Origin: Heteronotia binoei
Lineage: Eukaryota
DNA length: 64,000 nucleotides
Assembly: GCF_032191835.1 (NCBI RefSeq)
Contig: NC_083235.1
Location: 19,220,001 to 19,284,000, forward strand
Direction: 5' to 3'
Shown here: positions 1-11,960 of the stretch, one piece after another
How positions within the stretch are numbered: position 1 is the stretch's first letter
Layout of the letters: each line of letters begins with the position of its first letter
Notes under the pieces: generated by a model
Seen by the model: only the letters and a program-made list of their open reading frames with translations
The model's database searches: none
What the model was told of the DNA's origin: nothing
Position numbers and translations under genes: made by a program

Positions 1-140
1 TGCCCCTGATGTAGCCAATCCCCCAAGAGCTTACAGGGCTCTTCATACAGGGTCTATTGTAAGCTCCAGGAGGATTGGCTACATCAGGGTGGTGTGGCCT
101 AATATGCAAAGATGTTCCTGCCAGAAAAAAAAAGCCCTGG
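1..140. mobile_element. Partial hAT-type MITE (CAGGGC...GCCCTG palindromic family)
   Basis: Right half of the ~180-bp palindromic family seen many times in the window; ends ...aaaaaagccctg. Confidence 0.75.
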
Positions 141-228
141 ATTTGGTTTGCATTATTCTCCCAGTGTTGCAGGTGAGAAGGCTGAGGCTGAGAGAACAGT
201 TATGGGCCTGTGTGCACAGCATGGTACT

Positions 229-450
229 TAGGGTTGCCAGCCTCCAGGTGAGGCCGGGAGATCTCCCAGAATCACAGCTGATCTCCAGAAAACAGGGATA
301 AGTTCCCCTGGGGGAAAATGGCTGCTCTGGAGGGTAGACTCTATGGTCCCTGCCTTCTCCCCACCTTCCTCAGGCTCTGCTGTTTAATTTCCAGGGATTA
401 CCACCCATGATTGGCAATCTCAGCTCTAGGTTTCACAGCAAGGTTTCAAT
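229..450. mobile_element. MITE-like repeat with TAGGGTTGCCA...TGGCAACCCTA termini
   Basis: Terminal inverted motif; related copies near 9985-10190, 21020-21690, 22650-22870, 38146-38365, 47403-47630, 49720-49900. Confidence 0.65.
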
Positions 451-896
451 CACAAAGGACGGGGCCTGTGACTCTGACCTTTGGCCACCACCTGGAAGTT
501 GGCAACCCTACATCTTTCTTTGATGGCTCCAGGCTTACAGGAACTGGATGCCAAAGTGTTATTGCCTGTTGCAATTACCATCATACACTATCACAAGGAG
601 ATGGTTACATTCTGTTCTCATGAATAGGCTTAAAATCTGCCCCCCTGCCCCCTTCTATTTTATTTTGTAACATTTGGCCTGATGAAGAATTCTGGAGGGC
701 TAGAAAGCTTGTGCACTGTTATGTGCCCTTGTGCTGGGTCCTAATAAAAGTTCTTACATGGAGTGCCCATTTGAGCCAAGGAGAGCCCGGAAAGTGGGTT
801 CTTCAACTTTATGGGTTCTTTTAACATTCCGGTACACGCTGCATCTTCAAACCTCACCATTCAACCCACAGTTTCTCAGGGAAAGAAAATCTTTAC

Positions 897-939
897 CTGT
901 GTAAGTCCGTATGTTGTCTTGAGCCTTGTCGTCATCCAT
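897..939 (-). CDS. Exon 1 of a second hepatic-lectin-like C-type lectin (tandem paralogue; rest of gene left of the window)
   Basis: ATG at 939; MDDDKAQDNIRTYT-G then GTAAAG donor. Same 43-nt length and phase as exon 1 of the full gene (MDEEKFQDDLRTYT-G), and both introns start gtaaagat.ttctttcc. Confidence 0.85.
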
Positions 940-1047
940 CTGTTGGGGGGCAAAGAGGGTGGGAGGGGGCCGGAGAGGTCTTTTGGGCAGATCTGAGTTC
1001 CTGCAGTAGAGACTTCGTGGACGACCAAGGGCTGTCCCATTGGAATG

Positions 1048-1060
1048 GTTAATTCTTAAC
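1048..1060. promoter_or_regulatory. HNF1-like palindromic site upstream of the lectin paralogue
   Basis: GTTAATTCTTAAC versus consensus GTTAATNATTAAC (1 mismatch), ~110 bp upstream of the ATG; positional equivalent at 25829-25841. Confidence 0.65.
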
Positions 1061-1194
1061 TTGTTGTGAAGTAGCACAGGCTGCAGTTCCTCTCCCTCCT
1101 GTCCTAAGGCCACCAAGTTTTGGATGATGGCCACCTCTGAAGGTGCACTCAGTGAACTCTGGACCAAAGAGGTTCACAAACAGGGCTTTTCATA

Positions 1195-1370
1195 CAGGAG
1201 CTTGGGTCAGCCATAGCTTTCACAGGAGTTGTCCTTGGGTCTCAGCCCCACCTACCTCACAGGGTGTCTGTTGTTGGGGGGGGGGAAGGTTAGAGGAGAC
1301 TTGACCGCTCTGAGACTCTGAGAGTCAGAGTATAGGGCGGGATATAATATCCAATATCATCATCTTTCTT
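1195..1370 (+). mobile_element. tRNA-derived gecko-type SINE (Squam3-like), 5'-truncated
   Basis: ttgggtcagccatagc...cacagggtgtctgttgt...gggcggatata tail shared with full copies. Confidence 0.7.
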
Positions 1371-2442
1371 CTGTGTTCAAAATATGCTTGTCCAGAGATA
1401 GAAAAAATGTTTTCTACTAAGGACTGTTTATTTGCTTTGAAGGACATTTAGAACTACAGTTACAAAGTGACTGAGTAAAAGAGGGCTTTGCACTTATATT
1501 GCATCACCTGGAGGTTAGCAACCCTACTCCCCAGGGAGCCATGGAAGTCTAAGACTGGGGGACTCCTGAAATCAGGCTGACTGGTTGACCATGGAAACAG
1601 TCAAAGTGTCTTAGTCTAACCTACTTCATAGGGATGTTTTAAGATTATCATGGAAGGACTATAATTTGGAACACTGCCTGGGGAAAACACAAGAATTAAG
1701 TAAGTAAGTAAAATTTTATTTATATCCCGCCCTCCCCCGCCAAGCAGGCTCAGGGCGGCTAACAACAACAAAAAACAACAGTACATTAATAAACCATTAC
1801 ATTAATAAACTAAATTAACCTTAAAAACCAGTTAATACATTAATTTAAAAGTCATTATTAATTAATTACATCAAATTGGGTTACATTCAATTGGGTTAAA
1901 TCTAACCATAATATTATCGTTGGCGCTATATCTATCAGTTGGTATTGATGGTGGATATTAAAAAGAAATATACTCCCCACTGCCCCTTTCTCATGAGCCG
2001 TGTAACAAGGGAAGGGGTGGCGCCTTCAGGGACAGGAGGAGGAGCCTAAATGGACCTTTCTTTTGGATTTCCAAAGATGGGTAGGTCAAAATTATCACAA
2101 CACTGGAAGGTGAATTGAGTAGAAATCAATAGTTTGTGTTGGTTTAGGCTACATGTACATATTAGTTTGGATGGTTCAATGTCCTGGACCATGAGTACTC
2201 AGCTTAGTGTCTGTGGTACAAAAAGCCTGTTTCTGGTTTTTTTGGAGCTGTAGTTGGAAGTTTTTAAACACAGGGGCTGCAGTCCTATTCGATTGACATA
2301 TCTAGGGTGACTGTATGCTCTTGGGGTGGGGTTGATTTATTGACTTCATTTGTCTACTTTATTTATACTTGGCCTTTCTCCCCAGTGGAGACCCAAAAGG
2401 GCTTACATTGTTCTCCTGTCCTCCATTTTATCCTCACAACCT

Positions 2443-2623
2443 GGGCTTTTTTTGTAGCTGGAACTCCATTGCATATTAGGCCACACACCCCTGATGCAGC
2501 CAGTCCTCCAAGAGCTTACACCAGGCCCTGAAATAACAGCCCTGTAAGCTCTCAAAGGATTGGCTTCACCATAGGGGTGTGGCCTAATATGCAAAGGAGT
2601 TCCTTTCTGCAAAAAAAAGCCCT
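2443..2623. mobile_element. hAT-type MITE (CAGGGC family)
   Basis: Palindromic ~180 bp, gggcttttttt...aaaaaaagccctg. Confidence 0.8.
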
Positions 2624-2634
2624 GGCTCAGTTTG

Positions 2635-2868
2635 CAGAAGAAGAGTAGGTTTTTATGCCCTGCCTGCCTTCTACCCTAAGGAGTCTCGAAACGCTTACAA
2701 TCACCTTCCCTTCCTCTCCCCACAACAGGCACCTTGTAAGGCTGGTGGGGCTGAGAGAGTTCTGAGAGAACTGGGGCTGGCCCAAGGTCACCCAGCTGGC
2801 TTCATGTGGAGGAGGAGTGGGGAATCAAACCTGGTTCTCCACCACTCTTAACAGCTACACCACACTGT
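2635..2868 (-). mobile_element. Squam3-like SINE
   Basis: Reverse complement of the SINE consensus seen at 5315 and 7630. Confidence 0.7.
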
Positions 2869-3090
2869 CAGTTAGACGGCAAGTAGAAAGTACTGTCAGG
2901 TTGCAGATGACTTAAGGTGACCCTGCAGGGGTTGGAAGGCAAGATTTGTGCAGAGGTGATTTGCCATTGCCTGCCTCTGCATAGAAACCCTGGACTGCCT
3001 TGGTGGTTCCCATTTAAGTACCAACCAGGGCTGACTCTGCTTAGCTTGCTAGATCTGATGAGATCAAGGCCTATTATGAATGTCCATCAA

Positions 3091-3579
3091 TTAGGGTTGC
3101 CAATCCCCAGGTGAGGGTAGGGGATCCCCTGGGTTTGAGGCCTTCTCCCCACTTCAGGGTCATTAGGAAGTGTGTGGGGGTGTGTGGAAATGTCTGCTGG
3201 ACACTCCATTATTCCCTATGGTGACCGATTCCCATAGGGTATAATGGAAAATTGATCCATGAGTAACCAGGGCTCTGGGGAAGCTGCTTTTTGAGGTAAA
3301 GGCACCGAATTTGCAGCATAGCATCTAGTGCATCTCTTCAAAACACCCTCCAGGTTTCAAAAAGATTGGGCCAGGGGGTCCAATTCTATGAGCCCCCCAA
3401 AAGGTGCCCCTGTCATTCATTATTTCCAGTGGAGGGAAGGCATTCAAAAGGAGTGCGGTCCCTTTAAATGTGATGGCCAGATCTCCCTTTGGAATTCAAT
3501 TATGCCTGTCACAACCGTTCTCCTGGCTCCACCCCCAAAGTCCCCAGATATTTCTTGAATTGGACTTGGCAACCCTACC
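3091..3579. mobile_element. ~490-bp non-autonomous element with TAGGGTTGCCA/TGGCAACCCTA ends
   Basis: Inverted termini; homologous copies near 16800-18430 (interrupted by the RTE) and 49042-49545. Confidence 0.7.
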
Positions 3580-4439
3580 ATCAATGTCATTCTGCATGGA
3601 TTTTTCTTCCTTTAGTTCTCAGTTCGCTTTCTGTTCACTGTTTCTAGGGATTTTTTTGTGAGTGCTTTTGTGCCAATTTCCTCCTTGTTTTGTCTACAAG
3701 CTGAAGGCAATTCAAAGTGTACAGATTCCCTCAGATTCCCTGCCCTGCCCCTTTGCCACCCCCTGAAGGGTCACTCCCCCTACCACATCGAGATTGTGCC
3801 GCCCACTCAGCACCTTCCACCATCCTCCTCCGTTCATTGGTGTACAAGCTCCATCTTCCCCTTGTTTTAATTTCCTTTTTTAAATGTGGCACAAGTCTAG
3901 TGATGTGAGACAATTCTAGTCCCAGATTGCTGAATTTAAAAAATTAAAACAATGGGGGAAAGTTTAAAAGGCTGAGTTTCCTGTTGGTATTGATTGGACA
4001 AGGGGATCAGAAGGGAGGAAAACCTCAGCATCCCCAGCGCAAAAAAAAAAAATATCAGTGCCACACACACACCAAATAAAGGGGAGGGAAATCATCAGTG
4101 CTGAATGAAATTGACATGGGAAGTAAAGTGGGAGAGACACTGGGATGGGAAGCCTCATTTCTTTTCTTTTTAATGCTTTGGTGAACAAAGTTGGCTGGAG
4201 GGGAACCATTGTGGCAGTCTCCAGAAGCCTCCCATTACAATGGTGGCTGAGCCACATGGGCCTTCTGCAAACTGCCGAACTTAAGAATCACTTGGGATTG
4301 ATCCATTTGGGGTCCCCAACCCCTGCTCCGTGGATTGGTACTGGGTTCTGTTGGCAACGGGGTCACCCGGTGCACTGGCAAGCACCGAGTCTGCCTGCCT
4401 TGCCCACCACCCCCTCCCTTCCCGTCCTCTCTGGCTCCC

Positions 4440-4680
4440 CCCCCTGCATGTGATCAGAGTGGCTTACAATGTCTTATATCTTCCTCCCCCACAACAGACA
4501 CCCTGTGAGGTGGGTGGGGCTGGGAGAGCTCTGACAGATGCTGCCCTTTCAAGGACAGCTCTGTGAGAGCTATGGCTGACCCAAGGCCATTCCAGCAGGT
4601 GCAAGTGGAGGAGTGGGGAATCAAACCCGGTTCTGCCAGATAAGAGTCCGCACGCTTAACCACTACACCAAACTGGCTCT
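4440..4680 (-). mobile_element. Squam3-like SINE
   Basis: Near-full reverse copy ending ...accactacaccaaactggctctc. Confidence 0.8.
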
Positions 4681-5314
4681 CTATGCAGCTCTATGGCTCT
4701 CTATTACTATGCAGCTGTGTCTTTTCTTTTCTAGCAGGAACGCAGTTCCAGCTGGCTTGGCATCAGGTGGTGTGGCCTAACATGCAAATGAGTTCCTGCT
4801 GGCTTTTCCTACAAAAGTCGTGTGAAACAATGATAATGTCAGGGGTGTGGCCTAACATGCAAATGAGTTTCTGCTGGGCTTTTTCTACAAAAAAGCCTGG
4901 TATTAGGGCATCAGTGAAAATACCCCCCCCCCCCATTTTTTTCAATTTAGTGCAGCAGGCTAAAAAAGCTTGCCAGAGCTTCTGCCAGAGAACTCCTCCC
5001 TCATACAAATTGTAGCCCTGTGCAAAGCATGGCGGAGTTGTGGCAACTTTGCGCAGGTGGGTGCATAAACACACACATTGCCAACGTTCGCAGCTTACAA
5101 CACCAGCATCAGTGGGTTCTACCAGACATTCTACACGCTCAGCATGTTTCCCCATACGAGATCATGTAAGCCTTTCCCATTTCACAGTGCTCAATAAAAC
5201 AGCAGAGAATCCCCAATATGGAAAATGGGGCTTTGCAGCTGCTTGTCAGTTATTGTTGTTTTTATTAAATGATGTCCATTTCAACATTGGGTTTTCCCCC
5301 TTTGCCTGCAGTTC

Positions 5315-5600
5315 CTTTCTGAGCAGTTGGGTGTAGTGGTTAAGTGTGCAGACTCTTCTCTGGGAGAACCAGGTTTGATTCCCCACTCCTCCACTTGCAG
5401 CTGCTGAAAATGGCCTTGGGTCAGCCATAGCTCTGGCAGAGGTTGTCCTTGAAAGGGCAGCTGCTGTGAGAGCCCTCTCAGCTCCACCCACCTCAGAGGG
5501 TGTCTGTTGTGGGGGAGGAAGATAAAGGAAATTGTGAGCTGTTCTGAGACTCTGAGATTTGGAGCGGAGGCCGGGATATAAATTCAGTATCTTCTTCTTC
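5315..5600 (+). mobile_element. Squam3-like SINE
   Basis: tRNA-like head (gtgtagtggttaag A box; ggtttgattccc B box) and (tct)n tail. Confidence 0.8.
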
Positions 5601-5971
5601 CGTTCCCTTTCATTCAATGAACTTTTGCTAAAATATGTAAAATGTGAACCATGAGCATTTGAATGGGAGGCACTTGCTGGACATTACTGTGCAGCTGTGA
5701 TAGGGCAAGTCTGTAATTAAAAAAAAACAATTTCGGATATCACCTCATACATGTCACTAATGACATTCCACCCCAATTTAGAAAAGTGCATTTTTAAAAT
5801 TGTAGCTGCAGAATATATACACTGGCGGGAAAAGTATAGTGCGTAAGGCAGGCACAGAATCCAAAGTCAAGATTAAAGGCTTTCTCTGCTCTGAAAATCT
5901 GCAGTAAGATGTGCAAGTGTAATGGGCCCAGGATAGACTTGTAGACCAGGGCTTCTAGGCCTTGTGTTTTC

Positions 5972-6275
5972 AGAGTACCCGTGGCGCAGAGTGGTAAAGC
6001 TGTAGTACTGCAGTCCTAAGCTCTGCTCACGACCTGAGTTCGATCCCCAGCAGAAGCTGGGTTTTCAGGTAGCCGGCTCCAGGTTGACTCAGCCTTCCAT
6101 CCTTCCGAGGACGGTAAAATGAGTACCCAGCTTGCTAGGGGAAAGTGTAGATGACTGGGGAAAGCAATGGCAAACCACCCTGTAAAAAGTCTTGCCGTGA
6201 AAAACGCTGTGAAAGCAACATCACCCCAGAGTCGGAAACGACTGTGCTTGCACAGGGGACCTTTCCTTTCCTTTT
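5972..6275 (+). mobile_element. Sauria SINE (Squam1)
   Basis: gtggcgcagagtggtaaagc A box, gagttcgatccc B box, ggcaaaccacc core, (acctttt)-like tail. Confidence 0.85.
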
Positions 6276-6549
6276 CAGAGTGCTAGGTTGGAGAGGTCTT
6301 GTCTCGGGAGAATTCCAAAGTCCCAGAGTCTGCTTTTGGAGCGAGAGCTGATGAAAACAGTAAAGGGTAGGAGACAAGATTTTGCCTTCGGAAGAACGGA
6401 CCAAAAGAAATCCTCTGCTAGGAGGCTGTGATGTCTTAAAGTCTATGAGCTTTGACATTGCCTCTAAAGAAGAGGGTTCAAGTCCATGGAAGCTTCTGCT
6501 GAAATGTTATTAGCCTTCAGTGAGCCACTAGACTGCAGGGTTTGTGTAT

Positions 6550-7020
6550 GTGTGTATTCAGGGGTCATTTTGTAGAAAAATAGGTGGTGGAGCTCATTAG
6601 CATAACTCATTAGCATTTGATGCCCCCCCCCAGCCAAAAGCAACCCGATGTAAGAAAGGAGAGCCCAGGGTGAGTGAGGCCTGATTGGGCTGGCTAGAGA
6701 TCCAGCCAGCCCAAGCAGGCCTCGCTCACCTGAGGCTCTCCTGGGCCATGTTCCCAGTCGAGAGGCCAGCAAGCCACCTGCCACCCAAAATCACATCAGT
6801 GGAGAAAGAGTGTGTGGGCTTCTCCAGGGGTTAATGAGGACTGCTGGGGGTGTGGCAAATCCCCTGGTGGCTGGCTGCTGCCCACTCTTCTAATCTATGG
6901 ATTGTTATGCAGCTGCACCGAACTATTCAATGGACAAGGTAGGTGGGGAGGAGGAGGGGGAACCCTCAGAAAGGCTCAGGAGCTGTGCTCCTGTGAGCTC
7001 CTGCTGAATCCGAGGCCTGT
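6550..7020. mobile_element. ~470-bp non-autonomous DNA transposon-like repeat
   Basis: Homologous copy at 31722-32180 (ggggtcattttgtagaaaaa...ctgaatccgaggcctg). Confidence 0.65.
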
Positions 7021-7629
7021 GTGCATTGCTACAACAGGCATAGCTTCGCTGTCAGGAATTTCTCTGTTGTATGAATACAAAACATCATTGGGGAGGTATT
7101 TAATTATACAGTTGCAGTAACAAAAACGTGTAGGTGTTTCAAATTATCCCGTCTTTCCTGTAGACTCTCTCAATCATTCTTACAGGTGGGCAGATATGAG
7201 TGCTATTACCTTGCAAAATAAAGATACTTTATGAAATGAGATCTTATTTCCAAGGATTGAAGTACCGCCATGCCAAACAGAATACCATCAGTGAAATTTC
7301 TTGTCACTTTGCATCAACTGCCACATTTTGCAATGTGAAATGTCAAAATTTGAAATATTGCATTTAAAGGTATTTAGGAAATTTCAAACAAACAAACTCT
7401 GATGCCCTTTCTTCATTGGACTCCAAGTATAGTTTGCACTCCTTACAATTGGCCTTTGGTTCCTAAGTGCTCAGGGGAGGTGAATGCAGAAAAGAGGGCC
7501 ACACCAAAGCAGAATCAAGAAGTGGGGGGACGAAAGTTGGTTGGTGCAGTGGGAAAGAAATTTTATTTCACTTGGGAAAACCTATGCGTTTTGCATGCAG
7601 CTTTGTCAGGGGAATCTGTAAGGCAACTG

Positions 7630-7868
7630 AGAGCCAGTTTGGTGTAGTAGTTAAGTGTGTGGATTATCTGGGAGAACTGGGTTTGATTCCCCACGCCTCC
7701 ACTTGCAGTTGCTGAATGGCCTTGGGTCAGCCATAGCTCTGGCAGAGGTTGTCCTTGAAAGGGCAGCTGCTGTGAGAGCCCTCTCAGCCCCACCCACCTC
7801 ACAGGGTGTCTGTTGTGGGCAGAGAAGACATGGGAGATAGTAAGCCACTCTAAGTCTCTGATTCAGGG
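7630..7868 (+). mobile_element. Squam3-like SINE
   Basis: gagagccagtttggtgtagtagttaag head. Confidence 0.8.
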
Positions 7869-7879
7869 AGAAGGAAAAA

Positions 7880-8173
7880 GGAAAGGAAAGATCCCCTGTG
7901 CAAGCACCAGTCATTTCCGACTCTGGGGTGACGTTGCTTTCACGTTTTCACAGCAAACTTTTTACGGAGTGGTTTGCCATTGCCTTCCCCAGTCATCTAC
8001 ACTTTTCCCCCAGCAAGCTGGGGACTCATTTTACTGACCTCAGAAGGATGGAAGGCTGATTCAACTTCGAGCTGGCTACCTGAAAACCCAGCTTCCGCCA
8101 GGGATCGAACTCAGGTTGTGAGCAGAGCTTAGGACTGCAGCACTGCGCTTTAACACTCTGCACCACGGGGTTC
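7880..8173 (-). mobile_element. Sauria SINE
   Basis: Reverse full-length copy. Confidence 0.85.
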
Positions 8174-8429
8174 TTAAAGTCATGGAGAAGGGCGGGGTAT
8201 AATCTGCAATTCTTCTTCTTCTTGTTTTATTTTTTATTTTTAACTAAATAATCAAATTAGAGTTGGCAGCTCTGGGTTGGGAAATAACAGGAGATTCTGG
8301 GAGGTGGAACCTAAGGAGGGTGGGGCTTGGGAAGGGGGAGAAAATTCAATAAGGCATAATGCCATAGAGTTCACCTTCCAAAGCAGCCATTTTCTCCAGG
8401 TGAATTTGACGTCTACTGCCCGGAGATCA

Positions 8430-8956
8430 GAGAGCCAGTTTGGTGTGGTGGTTAAGTGTGCGGACCCTTATCTGGGAGAACCGGATTTGATTCCCCCACT
8501 CCTCCACTTGCATTTCCTGGAATGGCCTTGGGTCAGCCATAGCTCTCACAGGAGTTGTCCTTGAAAGGGCAGCTGCTGTGAGAGCTCTCTCAGCCCCACC
8601 ACCTCACAGGGTGTCTGTTGTGGGGGAGGAAGATATAGGAGATTGTAAGCCGTTCTGAGTCTCTGATTCAGAGAGAAGGGTGGGGGTATAAATCTGCAGT
8701 CTTCTTCTTTCTTGCTACAACAGAGCCAGTTTGGTGTAGTGGTTATGTGTTGAGTCTTATCTGGGAGAACCGAGTTTGATTCCCCCCTCCTCCACTCGCA
8801 GTTGTCCTTGAAAGGGCAGCTGCTGGGAGAGCCCTCTCAGCCCTACCCACCTCACGGGGTGTCTGTTGTGGGGAAGAAGACAAAGGAGATTGTGAGCTGC
8901 TCTGAGACTCTGATTCCGAGAGACCGCGGGGTATAAATCTACAGTCGTCTTCTTCA
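8430..8956 (+). mobile_element. Two tandem Squam3-like SINEs (8430-8712, 8722-8956)
   Basis: Two heads gagccagtttggtgt; the second lacks the internal ggccttgggtcagcc segment. Confidence 0.8.
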
Positions 8957-9273
8957 ATCTCAGAAGATCTCTGGAGGTTGGGCAGCCGTGCTTCCAATGT
9001 GATTTGTAACTAGAAAGTACTGTGTGAAGTGGCAAAAGTCACTAGCAAGCAATTGTTCAAGTGCATTGAAGATAGATGGAAAGTCGATTGAAAGAGTATT
9101 ATTATTGAAAGAGTATTCTTATTTGGGCTGCATGTGAAATGTGTAGGGATCCTCTTAATAGGGTTGCCAGGTCCTATGTTTTGGGTCAGTTGGGGGCGGG
9201 GAAGTGCCCCGCAAAAGCGGGGTCCCCCCCCTCCATGGGGGTCTGACAACCCTAATTCTCAAATGAAATAAAA

Positions 9274-9279
9274 TTTATT
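9274..9279 (-). terminator. Polyadenylation signal of the hepatic-lectin-like gene
   Basis: AATAAA on the minus strand ~70 nt after the stop codon. Confidence 0.6.
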
Positions 9280-9348
9280 TTCTCACTACTACTGTATCAT
9301 CTCCCACCCCCTTCTGTTCCTTCCTTCATGGTAAACGGAAGCAGGAGC

Positions 9349-9514
9349 TCACTTCCCACTGGATACTGTTGAAGGGGCACTCGGCAAACCCCTCTCGCAG
9401 ACATAGAAGCAACTGGAGCTGCAGGTGAAATCGTTCCACTCTCCGTTGATCCAGACTTGGGCGCAGTCTTCGTCTTGTCGCAGGTAATTGTTGGGTTCTC
9501 CTTGCTTCCAGTTC
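9349..9514 (-). CDS. Hepatic-lectin-like C-type lectin, exon 6 (last)
   Basis: ttcacctcag acceptor; NWKQGEPNNYLRQDEDCAQVWINGEWNDFTCSSSCFYVCERGLPS...GK*; EPN and WND Ca2+/sugar-binding motifs. Confidence 0.93.
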
Positions 9515-10243
9515 CTGAGGTGAAAGCAAAACACTGCTTGTAAATGAACAAACCAAACCAATGGCCCAAATCCAGTGTGTGTGTGTTGGGGGTGTCCGGG
9601 GCCGGCCCTGCCACTAGGCAAACTAGGTGATTGCCTAGGGGCGCTGGCCTGCTGAGGGTACCGAATTGGGTGCCCCCATGTGACTCGGTGATGTTATCAG
9701 TGCAGGGGGGGTGGGTTAGCTTTGCCCTAGGGTGCCAGACAGTCTAGGGCTAGCGCTGGGTGTGTCTTCCAGGAAACCTGGGTCACCATTTCCCAAAATG
9801 ATTTGGGTACAGAACAACGTGTGCACGCACATGAAAGCTTATACCCAGAAATTAAATTTTGTTGGTCTTAAGTGTACCACTGGACTCAGATTTTGCATGT
9901 ACAAAAGAGCTTATACTCAGAATTAAACTTTGTTGGTCTTAAAGGTGACACTGGACTCAAACTTTATGTCCCAGACTAGTGATATTAGGCTTACCAACCT
10001 CCAGGTAGGGCCTGGAGATCTCTTGGAATGATAACTGATCTCCAGATGACAGGAATCAGTTCCCCTGGAAAAAACTGCTATTTTGGCATTTGGACTCTAT
10101 GGCATTATACCCTGCTCAGGCCCCTCCTACAACACTCCCCCAGCTCCACCTCTAAATCGCCAGGGGTTTCCCAACCCAGAGCTAGCAACCTTAGGTGATA
10201 TAGCATTTGTTCCTTTGTTTGTTCATTGATTCATTCATTTGGT

Positions 10244-10360
10244 CAGGGCTTTTTTGTAGAAAACCCCCCAGCAGAACTCATTTGCATACTAGGCCACACC
10301 CCCTGACACCAAGCCAGCCGGAACTGCATTTCTGTGTGTTCCTGCTCAAAAAAAGCCCTG
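10244..10360. mobile_element. hAT-type MITE with perfect 8-bp TSD
   Basis: CAGGGC...GCCCTG flanked by CATTTGGT on both sides. Confidence 0.85.
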
Positions 10361-11086
10361 CATTTGGTCATTCATTTGTTTGTCCGTTCATTCATTCATT
10401 CAGTTTTAAAACTGCCTTCCCCTATAGGGCAGGGCTCAGGACAGTGTACATAAAAAAAAAACCCTCATAAATACAATGAAAGGTTTAAACCACAAACACA
10501 GTAATACCAATACCAGTAAAGCTGCCAGGGGAAGGCGGGGGGAGAGGCAGGACAAGCAGGAGAGGCAAGAAGACTTTTTTAAAATTAAAAGAAAAGAGGA
10601 ATTCATGCCCCCAGTAATGTAGAAGGAACAAGAAATCATTGAGTTTTCCCTCGAAGGGAAGAGATTCAGTTAATTGATTACAAAATTGCAGGGCTTTTTG
10701 TGTGTGGAAAAAGCCCAGCAGGAACTCATTTGCATATTAGGCCACACCCCTGATGCCTAGCCACCCGGAACTGCATTCCTGTGTGTTTCTGCTTTAAAAA
10801 AAAAAAAAAAAAACCCTGCAAAATTGTACCTGGCATGCACATTCTTCCCCTCCCCCGAATAATTTTGCATTTATGGACTTGCATTTAAAATCCTTATTAT
10901 GCGTTTGTCTTTTTTGATCCGAAACCCTATGTTTGATTTCAGGAACAGACAAAGCCCACAGTCTCTGCTGCTCTCACACCCATACAAACAAATGCATCTT
11001 TCCTCGCAAGGAGGAAGCTACGGAAAGGTTAGGTTCATTCTGTGCTTCCCCACAACATCGTTGTTTTACGGCACAGTAGAGCTTAC

Positions 11087-11199
11087 TTGAAACCTGTTCT
11101 GTAGTCGCTGCCATCCAGCCATTTCCATTCTCCTTCTGTTTGCAACTCATGAAGTCCAATCCAAAAGCGCTCGTTCCTAGTTCGGGTCTGTATGAAGTT
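11087..11199 (-). CDS. Hepatic-lectin-like C-type lectin, exon 5
   Basis: ccctccag acceptor, GTAAGC donor; NFIQTRTRNERFWIGLHELQTEGEWKWLDGSDYRTGF (WIGL motif). Confidence 0.93.
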
Positions 11200-11960
11200 C
11201 TGGAGGGGGAGATCAGACAAGTGTGGCTGAAGGGGATGCTGACTTTGTGTCAAAGTGGAAATGCTGGGGAACATCTTGCTTGTGGGGCAGCCAGGGCTAG
11301 AATAAACAGAATACTCAGACAGAATCACAAGACCTACTGGGTAGTGGGTGACAGGGCTACCGGCATCCCTTCCTTTTGGATGGTAAAACAGGGACCTGCT
11401 GCAGGGCCTTTTCTGCTGTGGCACAGAAGTTTCAAAGTGCCGTTTCCTACGAAGTCTCTTTGCACCCTACTCTAATAATACATTGAAAGGCTGCAGGACA
11501 TTTTTATTTCATATATTCAACTAAGCACTATCAGTAATTTTCCAGAGGGACGGGGGGAAGCATTTTAGTTGCGAGCTTTTAGGTGAGGGTTCAGAAACTA
11601 ACAACTCTGTGGGCCAAATATGGTCCCCTGAACGGATTCACTCGGAATAACCAGCTCAGAAAAGAACATTGCAGAACTATCTTGGTTGCTTCTTCCAATG
11701 TTAAAAGGTGGGAAGATGAGCTGCCAAAACTTTTAGGTTTCTGTGACGGAACCGGCCTGATTCTGCCTTCAGACCCAGTCCCGTCAACTCCCTGCTGAGT
11801 CGCCAACTCCTGGAGGGAGCTATTTCTCCTCCGGCCACTTGGGCCCTCTGCCACCACCTGCTCAGTCTAGGGGTTCAGATTGAGAGGAACAGGACTCCCA
11901 ATCCCCTTCTCCAGCTATGAGGCCAGGCCTCAAAGTCCTCTGCCACTCTGTACTTGGGTA

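Noticed and set aside
4454-4663. Recurrent short ORFs such as MVKCADSYLGEPGLIPHSSTCTCWNGLGSAIAL and TPLHIRPH
   Set aside because: Translations of multicopy SINEs and MITEs, not genes
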